DNA of 64,000 nt from Anthoceros angustus (taxonomy: Eukaryota > Plantae > Anthocerotophyta), in contig VJWM01000118.1 in NCBI GenBank assembly GCA_010909165.1, positions 620,001 to 684,000 of the forward strand, given 5' to 3'. The translations under genes were made by a program, and so were the position numbers. Positions 33,000 to 42,699 of the stretch are shown piece after piece. How positions within the stretch are numbered: position 1 is the first letter of the stretch; each line of letters opens with the position of its first letter. The notes beneath the pieces are model-generated. The model made no database searches. It saw nothing but the letters and a program-made list of their open reading frames with translations, and was not told the origin of the DNA.

Positions 33000-35706
33000 T
33001 CACGGTCGACCCTTACAGCTGCAACAACCATCAGCGAATCGATGCACACGGTACCCATCCCTTACAACAATGTCTCTGTGTTCGAGCCTTGACATGATCT
33101 CCGTTGAACTGTGGCAGTCACTGCACATGCGTAGATTCTTCGTTACCACCAGAGGTGTCCCACTCGGAGTGTTCAAGAGACCAAACGCTAGGGCTAGTTT
33201 CTCAGCATGCCCACAAAGTGCATCTTCCTTTTCCTTCTCACTCAGTGGCTTCAACACCAATTTTGTGTGAGGTATGTGGCCTCCTTCCTGCTTCAGACGT
33301 GCATTCATGCTCTCTACTTTTAGCGCAATATCATCTTCTTTTCTTTCCCCCACCACAAATGTATGTACGTGCTTCTTCACCTCAATGGTCGCCACTGCAG
33401 GTTTTTTGTTAGCTCCTGCTACCAGTCTCCGTGTTTCAATCCTGTCTACATCCGTCCACCTCCCTGCATCTGCATAGGCATTGGCCATAAGCACATACGC
33501 AGATGCCCGCTGAGGGTCCAGCCTAACAATGCGTTCAAAACACCACATCGCCCTCTCTATATCCCCGTGACTTTTGCAGGCATTCAACAAAGATGTCAAG
33601 CCCACAAGATTACTTTGGCTCTCACATGATAACAGCATGTTCTCAGCCTCATCTAAATTACCTGCACGCCCAAGAAGATCAATCATGCAATTGTAATGCT
33701 CAGTTGTAGGTTTGATGCCATGCTGTTCAGCCATGGAATTAAAGTGCTTGCGACCCTCATCCACCAGTTCCCCATGACTGCATGCTACTAGAAGGCAAGA
33801 AAAAGTTGCATCATTAGGCTGAACACCGGCAAATAGCATCTCGTCAAAACAAGCTAGTGCCTTGTGGCCTTCATCACAAGTACCACACCCAGATATCAGG
33901 GCGTTCCATGTCACCACATTCTTTGTGTGCATGCTGTCAAAAACCTGGCGTGCACCCTCCAGTTCACCACATTTTGCATACATGTCCACCAGGCAGGTGC
34001 CCAACACTATGTTATCCAGCAGTCCTCTTTCAACAATCTGTGAGTGCAGCTGCCTGCCCTTCTGTAAGGCACCAGTGCTTCCACAGGCCTTCAGAAGGCA
34101 AGCAAAGTAACATGTCAGCCAAAATGAGGCCCTCCTCCTCCATTTGTCCATACACAACAAGTGCCTCATGTCCGAGCCCTTGCTGGGCATACCCAGCAAT
34201 CAGCGCTGTCCATGTCACCACATTCTTTGTGGCCATGCTGTGAAAAACCTGGCGTGCATCTTCCATTTCACCACATTTTGCGTACATGTCCACCAGGCAG
34301 GTGCCCACCAGTATGTCATCCAGCAGCCCTCTTTCAACAATCAGTGAGTGCAGCTGCCTGCCCTTCTGTAAGGCACCAGTGCTGGCACACGCCTTCAGAA
34401 GGCAAGCAAATGTAACATGGTTAGCCAAAATGAGGCCCTCCTGCTCCATTCGTCCATACAGAATAAGCGCCTCATGTCCGAGGCCTTGCTGGGCATATGC
34501 AGCTATCAGGGCAGTCCATGTGACCACATCCTTCGTGTTCATGCTGTCAAAAAGATGGCGTGCATCTTTCAGTCCACCACATTTTGCATACCCAGATATC
34601 AAGGCATTCCATGTCACAACATCCTTTGTGGGCATGCTGTCAAAAACCTGGCGTGCATCTTTCAGTTCGCCACATTTTGCATACATGTCCACCAGGCAGT
34701 TGCCAACAAACAGGTTTGTAGGAATACCACTGCGCAACACATCACAGTGCACTTTTCTGCCAGATTCCAAGTCGGCAGCAAATGCACAAGCTTGAAGGGC
34801 AGCTACAAAGACGTGACCATTCGCCTTCACTCCTGACCTACGCATCTCATGGTACAGTTGTATGGCCTCATTAGGTTTCCCATGTTTAGCATGTGCAGAG
34901 ATGATGGAACCCCACGTGATAACATCTGGTTTGCCTACCCTGGTGAACACATCCATGGCCTCCTCTAGCCTACCTCCACATGCATACATGCGCAAGATAT
35001 GGTTCCCCAAGTATGCATTCGACTCGTACCCAAGTTTGACACTGAGATCATGAACGCGTCGTCCCACAACCAAATCCTTCCTAGCTGTACACAGTTTCAG
35101 CACAGTGCCAAACAGAGAGACGGAAATAGCAGAGTCCATCTGCGCCAGAGATTCCAGGGCTCCAACGGCCTCAGAAAGCTTCCCCTGCTGGCAGAACGTG
35201 CTCACGGTTTCAGCCGTAACGACGTCCATTTCCGATGTTCCACGCCTCCTAGGTTCAGGCTTATCCGGAGGGCTGGCCTCGGAAGGAGAGGCACCATGTC
35301 CCATCTGCATATCCAAGGAAACGAGCTTCTCATCAACCCAAGCTGGCTTAAAAGTGTTGTTTAGCCACAGCACCTCGCCGGACCCCTTACGCCGAAAGTC
35401 AGGGGAACGGGAGCTCTTCTTATCTCCTCTGTTGTCCCACCACAGGGTAGGGTCCAGAAAAAATTGTTGCCACAAGTGCTCCTGCTCCTGGCAACGACCG
35501 GCATCGCTGGAAAACCCGTCCCTACCCACACACGTTCTCGGAAGGGGAAGTGCTGGGCTCCTTACACTGCTGCACCTGGAAGCTTTGAATGCCAGGGCTT
35601 GACTCCCTAAGATGAGGTGAGCGGGAGCTCCTGGTAGAATCCCTGTACACACACCAATTGCAATTTGTTGGGTCGACAACGGCTCCGGTTGCCATACTGT
35701 GGCCAT
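33000..35706 (-). CDS. PLS-class PPR RNA-editing factor with DYW:KP (GRP-type) domain and N-terminal OSB-type PDF motif; ~902 aa after correcting a 2-nt frameshift at ~34104-34116
   Basis: Transit-peptide-like N-terminus; WQQFFLDPTLWWDNRGDKKSSRSPDFRRKGSGEVLWL..PAWV; ~16 P/L/S/SS motifs; E1, E2; KPAVA box, CGHAEKLA, MCSDCH, HRFADGCCSCKGRP. ORFs 34030-35706 and 33000-34199 overlap, and the 102-aa internal repeat has a 304 rather than 306 nt period. Confidence 0.9.
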
Positions 35707-36324
35707 CGTTCAGGAACCCCTACCGGAAGATGAGTCTAACAACAGACTACTGAGGACGCCCAGGTACACTTTTTTTTTGGGTGTGGTGATCTAGACGCCC
35801 AGATACATCTCTGTGCACCACCACACCATACGAGCTAAAGCTGGGCCGACCCGCAATCTAAGGTACACCTTGTACCGTATGCTACTACCGTGCAGTTAAT
35901 CCGTATGCTTCTTCTTCTCCTACTAATGCCACTACCTATGACACGTCATGTGTGTCCAAATGGCTTAGGCCAAATGGACATACATTTATAAGAACGTTGT
36001 GATTAAGCATCTAAGCTTAGATCGGTACTTAGATGGGGTGCATAACTTAGATGGGGTGCATAAAAGGAGTGGATGCCCTTGGTGCAAGTAGCTTAGGCAC
36101 AACATTGGTACAAGCTGTTAAGTACCAAGTCCCATGACGGAAATCCGTCCTTAGAGGACTTAAATAAAATTCTTCTTCTTCTTCTATGAGAGACTCTGGG
36201 ATATGCGTAATGCGTGTTAATCTAGAAAAGCATGTGTATCTATCATGGCACGGAATGGATGCAAGTGTTGTTACTCCTTCACAGTTAGCCCCATCATCTC
36301 CATCACACAAGAAATTTGAGTTGT

Positions 36325-36456
36325 CGAATGGATACAAGTGTTGTTACGTCTGCAGTTTAGGTGAGTCGCCAGAGGGATGCAAGTGTTATTACATATGCAG
36401 CTTAGGTGAGGCACCGGATGGATGCAAGTGTTGTTATGCATGGAGTTTAGGTGATG
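36325..36456 (+). repeat. ~45 bp tandem repeat (3 copies, plus a partial copy at ~36258)
   Basis: Unit GGATRCAAGTGTTRTTAY...AGYTTAGGTGA; translates to GYKCCYVCSLGE / GCKCYYICSLGE / GCKCCYAWSLGD. Confidence 0.75.
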
Positions 36457-38733
36457 TTCATGTCCTGCTACAAAAAAGAAGTACAATAGCAAGAGCGCTA
36501 CTTTGAGAGTGTTCTTCGGTAATTGAACTAGATCATATAGTTCTTCTAAAATATAAGTTGGATTCACTCAAGGGTTAAAATATTGGTGCAAGTTATTGGT
36601 GTGGCATTAACATCAAGGAGCACGCATGATTGGGAGATTAATAAAATCCAATTGAGCAAGGGCAAAGAAGGGATCAAGTAGCATAGGATGGGCTGTGTGC
36701 TGTATTTGTGTACCTTACGTGAACCCAAGCAAATCAATTATGAACAGGCTCCTTCTTCTTCTAAGACACATCTCTCTTGAGCGAGTACTCTAATTTATTC
36801 TGCATCAAATGGACTAGTTACTCTATCATTGTACACAGTCCATTGCTACTATATTCATGTTTTTTTATGATCGTAATATTTGTAATAAATGGGAAAAACG
36901 TTTGGAACGTTTTTTCCATTTCTCATCCATTTTCATTTCAATTAAATGCTCCTTCCGTTTATGTAGTTCTCGAACACACATATCTGAAATGTTTATAAAC
37001 TATGCTTATCGTGGGCATGCTCACTTGAGTTTTAACTTCGTGGAGGGTTACGCCAAGCTTCAACTTGTTCATTGATGTGCACATGAGAAACGGTCGACCA
37101 AAGCTAGACTGTTTCTAGAGGATGTAAAGGTATTGTTGCTTCTAGAGGATGTAAAGGTATTGTTGCAGGAAAACTTGACAAAATTTTCCGCGTAATATCA
37201 TGGAAGGTTTGATTGATTCTAATATCCACACCACAAACCAAATTCACTGTTGGGCTCTTGCTATTGGTAGAAAAGCATATGTCATGGATTTCAAAGATCA
37301 ATTGAAATCATTGGCCTTATTATAATAGTCAAAAGCCATTAAGGATAAGGGCTTCGAGGTTTTATTTCATATTGACAATGAGAATGTAGGCACTTTCATA
37401 TAAACAATGAGAATGTGGGCACTTTCATATAAACAATGAGAATGTGTAGGCACTTGCCTTTGGTGTTCCATTTTTACATCATATCGACCATGAGTATGTG
37501 CGGGCATTTGTGTTTGGTATTCTTTTAATATAAACTCTGGACAATGCAAGCACACATCATAGAATTATCTATGCAATCCCCTTTGCAGCATGTCATATAT
37601 TTTTCACGTAGTGCGTTATTCCATGTATATATATATTTTCTATGTAATATATATTGTATATTTCTTGTAAATTTATTTATGATACATATTAAATTTTATT
37701 TTTTCACTCAATATAATTTTTAACAATGTAATTTTACTTATTAATATATTTTCATTAAAATAGAAAATATATATACCTTTATACCAAGAACATTAAAAAT
37801 CTATCGCAAACATTTTTCTCTACTCAACAACATAATTTTTATCTCAGTTTTCTTATTTCGTGAGACGACTAAAACGTGCCTCGGTGCATCGACATTTTTC
37901 CCGTCAGACATAGGCCTCGGGGCGAGGCATGAGAGGCGGGCAAACAACGAGCAACTGGGTAGGCGGGTAACAGGTAAGTGGGTAGTGGATAAGGGGTAGC
38001 GGGTAAGGGGTAGGCGGGTAGCCTCCCTCCGCCTCCTCTTTAGAAAGGCCTCCATTACTTCCGGGGAAGCTGCCCTCATCCATGACTTGTCACTTGCTCC
38101 AAGGACAGCGTCAACCTTGGCAACATCACATTGCATATGAATCTATCTAGGATATGCCCGACATGGCCTTGCTCAAGAAGTGCTTGATCACTATGCTACT
38201 ATGCAATAAGAGGAAATTAAATCACTCTAGCTGATCATTTCACGATTCACGATCATCACCACGTGTACGTCTCGCTATCCTGCTTGTTTGAAATCCGTAG
38301 GATTATAACACATCTCATGTTATAATCGAGAGAAAAAGTAAGGAACCCTTCTAGAAATGCACTCAGATGTCAAATACAACCCTTGCAAAACTTATCCTAT
38401 GCACGACATACAAGTATGACTTCACCTCGTAAAAGGTCCAGGTCCTTCTCTGCGCCGACCTTCCTCATGTGTGGTCTTGCTCGGAAGATTATTTAATATG
38501 TATATATATATATATAACAATGTTTTAGGTCGATTAATATCGAGATTGAGGTTCATAGATGTCGAACTATGGCAAGCCAAAGGCCTATAAATGTTGGGCT
38601 CCCACACACTATTTACTATTTACAGGTGTTAAGGCGTAGCGAGGCTGCGTTGAGGCTCTACCACATGCTTCATGATGGCGCGCCTTCTCCATGTTCCCTC
38701 ATGCCAGCATGTGCAGGTGCTTTTTCTCATAGA

Positions 38734-39645
38734 ATGTTGGAAGAAGAAGAAGAAGAATTTTGGAGATCTCAACTCTTGGTCTCGCCGTCTTGATGTCGTG
38801 TCCTGCTCTAATACCTTGCTGTCGTGTTTGTCTGGGTCTCTGTCTTACTGTGTGTATGCTTCGATTTGGAACAGGATGTGGACGTGGCTGAGTCGGCAGA
38901 CAAGGATCCGTCCAGCACGGTGGACGGCGCCGTCAGCAGCGACCCCCAGCCTAGCGTGGCTGCCGAGAGCCCGACGCCTACGGTTCTTCAGTTTTCCAAC
39001 GTGCTTCAACTTTTCTTTCAGCAAAACGTTTGCGGGACGGTGGACCTGGGCGTGCCTGTGAACGTGTCGTGGTTGAGCGAGTTCCTCCCCGACGCGCACC
39101 ACCAAAACACGGCCACCTTTAACCGCTGCAAGCTCAGCTGGGGCGAGCGGTGGGGAGTGACGGGCTTCCTGTTCAAGACAGGGAAGGTGAACTTCATGGG
39201 TGCTCGCAGGGTGTCTCTTGTGCACCGTGCAGCCAAAGAGATCGGGTGCCTCGTGCGTGAGGCGGGTTATACCGGGGCCTCAGCGCGCAACTTCCGAATT
39301 ACCAACCGCGTGGCAAGCGGCCATCTGCCCTTTGCGTTGGACTTGTTGCGACTCAACAATTACCTCAAGGATTCGCAGGTTACATACACAACTAATTCCG
39401 TTCCCATCGATGGGGAGCTCAGCGGTCTGAAGCATGAGCCGGAACATTTCAACGGCCTTCTTCAGAAAGTGTGTGTGCAGGGCAGGTTCGTGAATGTCAC
39501 AGTTTATGCCAGTGGAAGTGTGCTAATCAGCGGAGCCTTGAAGTCTCATCACTTCATACGGACCTTGGAACTGCTTTATCCCTTCCTGATGCGGTGTGAA
39601 CCAAAATATTCACAGACGTCTGGTACTACTCATGGAGCGACATAG
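38734..39645 (+). CDS. Highly divergent TATA-binding protein (TBP)-like protein; probable phase-0 intron at 38779-38874
   Basis: Both TBP repeats are recognisable: QNVCGTVDLG, ATFNR, FLFKTGKVNFMGA, NFRITNRVASGHLPFALDL, HEPEHFNGL, VYASGSVLISGA, LYPFL. The core (38875-39645) is uninterrupted. An upstream ATG exon (MLEEEEEEFWRSQLL) joins in frame through a 96 nt GT..CAG intron; this exon is inferred. Confidence 0.8.
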
Positions 39646-40329
39646 GAAGTAGTTGGGTGAGACGGGTGATAGAGGAAGTAGTGGGTAGGACGCTTCCAAG
39701 GAAGCACTTCATGACTCCTGTTAGCCCTCGCTGGGCGGGTAGCGATTGACTCTGATATTCTATTAGTGCTGTTGAACATTGAGAGAAATCAGTCTTTGAG
39801 TCCGAGCATGTGTCAAAGCAGATTGGGGTTAGGAAAGCCTCTTCGAATTCTTTGACTGCTGCATCAGCCACACTATCATGGTACTCAGTGCATTGGAATG
39901 GAGGCTTTGCTGCAACCTCTACCTCGCCACCATACATCCTCGTCACAAAGCTGTGCTGAGACTTGTTGCATATTTGCTGACTTCTTGCTTTCGATATATC
40001 ACTCGTCCGATCAGAAATGCCTCTTTATCAGAATTGTTTCCTACTGTTTTGTGTAGAACCCTGCTTTCAGGTCCTCGATATCAGCGCTGTCCACATCCTT
40101 GATTGACTAGGCAAGTCTATGAATTCATGGATAATCTGGATTCGGACCTACTCTGCATTTACAAGGATTGAATGAGTTACCTTTTTGTTGAAAATGGTGA
40201 TGTTACTCACTGCCGCATTCAGAATGGAGAGCAACATGTTTTCTTGCTACCTAGAGCCTGGTGCCTCGGCGAATTACAAGCTAATTGACGTGGATCCTAA
40301 GTCTGAGAGACTATCCTCAGTACATCCTG

Positions 40330-41790
40330 ATCAGACGGACAGAGTTGAAGAGGGAAGTGATCTTAACTTTGACTTTGACTTGACAGACGTGCAGGCGAAG
40401 AAGACTTCATGTGACTTCCAGCTTAGATTGCGGGCACAGCCTCTAACAGAACAACCCTCTAAACAAATATTGCAACTCTTGATTAGTGTTGCAACAAAAT
40501 ACTTCCGTTGTTTACAGATTTGTTTCGACTACGTCAAACCATTCAGTGGGCTCTTGCAGAGTGTGAGGGACATGAAGATATCTCTGTCGGCCTATTGGGA
40601 GGTGATGTTCAGCAGCATTTCTGACTTGCTATCCCAGGAAATCAAATACTCGTTGCAGGAGGCTATGGTGGATGAAGTGCCTAGCTAAGTTATGCATCCT
40701 TAGGTAGTCTAGGAACAACACCGAGCCCTTTTTTCCCAATGAACAGTTCCGAAAACTTGTACAGTACTGTACCTCCTGTGACATGCGCAGAATACAGATT
40801 GTAGCAGCCTCGCACACGGGAATGCAGCTTCATCCAAAACCAGCCCAGCTGCATTTGTTCAAAGCGCCAGGTGCGGCGGCGAGCGGTACCAGCATTGTCG
40901 GGGAGCCTGTGGAGCTCATGTATTTGTTCTGAAGCCGGTGGAGCCTCCGTGTTTTCTGTTTATGTTTATGCTGATGCTAAGGTAATAGCTCAACTCTGTC
41001 TGTTACCACAGTGAACCTCGGGAGCCTGTCCCAGTGCACATTGTTCTTGTCTTCAACCGACGCTACATATATATGCGTACAGGATTTGATCAGTATCTGC
41101 TTGGTTCTAGGGCTAACCGGACGTCCAGGGCATGCCATGTTTGGCAATGTTCCGGTTTCTTGGAACTTGCCGGATGGACATCTGCACTAAAATCGCAGTT
41201 AGCAGAATTGAGCAGTCATCTGCAATATGTAATATTGGGCTGAGGTGAAGCAGCGGTTAGGGTTCCGAGTAGGTGTATGCAGGTTGTGGAGACGACAATT
41301 CGCCTCCAAGGACGGCACACTCTTGTATACAAATCATATTGGGAGGCGAACGAGGTATGGTTTTAAGCACTTGTCATGAGTGTGAAAAAGAAGAGGATGG
41401 TGCAGTTGGTCATCACGCTAGTTTCACACACCACATGTCCACGTTTGAAACCTGGGTTCAGACATCAATGAGACAGCAAGGTGCACTTTTGGTCATGCGG
41501 AATGCGGTTCAAGTCGGAGTTTCAGCAGGTGTGTTCTGTCTTGGTAATAAGAGCAATCTGACCCAGATGGGCGGCTCAAGTCGGAGGTTTGGCACGTGTT
41601 CTGAGTTAGCAATAAGAGGAATCTGTGACCATCTTGGTGCGGATTGGCGCTTCAAGTCGGAGCTCAGTTTCCTTCAAGATTGTTGCGCAGGCGGTGTCGG
41701 ATACCCGTGTGAACTTTGAAACTCCTAGAGGACGACCTCACACATCGTGAATTCCGGAACCGCATGAAGTTTGAGGATCCGGGTCACCAT
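40330..41790 (+). repeat. Older, diverged relic of part of the 7.4 kb unit
   Basis: GTGACTTCCAG..TTAGATTG, TTAGTGTTGCAACAA, ATATCTCTGTCGGCCT, CTTTTGGTCATGCGGAATGCGGTTCAAGT and CACACATCGTG..GGAACCGCATGAAGT match 22200-23440 in order. Confidence 0.7.
41395..41464 (+). pseudogene. tRNA-Val(CAC)-derived pseudogene
   Basis: GGATGGTGCAGTTGGTCATCACGCTAGTTTCACACAC...GAAACCTGGGTTCAGACA. Confidence 0.7.
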
Positions 41791-42394
41791 TCTGCCATGT
41801 TATCCTCCGGTGCCGAGAGCGGGGGTATATGGCTGCCTCCTAGTTATTACCAGCATATGCTTATGGGCACGTCACCATATGCATATGCTTATTACCAGCC
41901 TCGAACGTTTACATGGAGGCTGATCTCTGTGACTTGTATCCTCAGCATTCCGTGCTCCCGTATGCGTCTTCTCAGGCCCTGCAAACACCTCTGGACACTT
42001 GATAAGCTCCAACCTCTCGCTGTGGCTGTGGTGAACACATAATATTACAGCAAGAAGAAGAACATCCAGCATCAATTAACAACATGACCACAATCACAAG
42101 AGGATGGAGTAGACCTTCCCAGGGCTTGCGCACTTCCAAGGTGTAGAAATCTGCTAGGCGCTTGAACTGTCGCTCTGTACGCTGACGTTTGCAAGTATCC
42201 TTAGCTGGCCATGTTTCAGCGTTCACTGTCACTGCAACTGCACCTCCACTCATGATCGTAAACAAGTTCCAACCCAGCTCGACTCAGCACCAGACCGTAA
42301 CAGATTAAAAAAAGAACCAGCCCAAAGTGACAACCTCTACAAGCCCGATCAATCATGAGCACCAGCTGCATACCATTGTTATTCTGCTGGCCAA

Positions 42395-42505
42395 TCCGGA
42401 GGTCGAGATTCTCGCTTATTCGTGCCATGAGGGCGCCCTTGGTGCCACTCGAAGGCAATCTCTTGTTACGGACAAAAACCCTCAGCTGCAACACGGACAG
42501 CTATC
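42395..42505 (-). pseudogene. SAP-domain exon interrupted by the Copia insertion
   Basis: LSVLQLRVFVRNKRLPSSGTKGALMARI fits the SAP consensus. It continues across the element to a TTTGCAG acceptor at ~47080. Confidence 0.55.
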
Positions 42506-42699
42506 TGTTAGAAATCTATAGGATTGGTGCAACACATCACATATTAGAGTTATGAGTATAAGTCCTAGAAGTATATAGGATTATCCCAGGAGCGAGATAG
42601 GGTTTCATACTATCGAGAGTATGACAAGGCCAAAGGCTATATATGTATGCATAGCACACCATTTCTAATGTCTTGAACACAGGAATTCGCTTTCTAACA
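42506..42699 (+). repeat. Copia 5' LTR
   Basis: TGTTAG...CTAACA; direct repeat of 46863-47057. Confidence 0.95.

Noticed and set aside
34030-34199. Two separate PPR genes, or programmed frameshifting
   Set aside because: Comparison with the adjacent repeat shows two single-base deletions in one motif and no slippery site. One gene with an error or recent lesion is simpler.
11498-37455. Small local tandem duplications and microsatellites (11498-11570, GAGACC run 21715-21758, 32180-32270, 36027-36062, 37114-37167, 37375-37455)
   Set aside because: Ordinary slippage products with no evidence of function.
40185-40688. 167 aa ORF downstream of the TBP-like gene
   Set aside because: Homologous DNA at 22.2 and 29.6 kb is not open in this frame and no domain is recognisable. 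Recorded only as part of the relic duplication.
19964-42505. Endogenous giant-virus segment (TBP-like, OTU, F-box, SAP, tRNAs)
   Set aside because: No viral hallmark genes (capsid, PolB, packaging ATPase), low gene density, and interleaved plant PPR genes. Kept only as one possible origin for the TBP-like gene.
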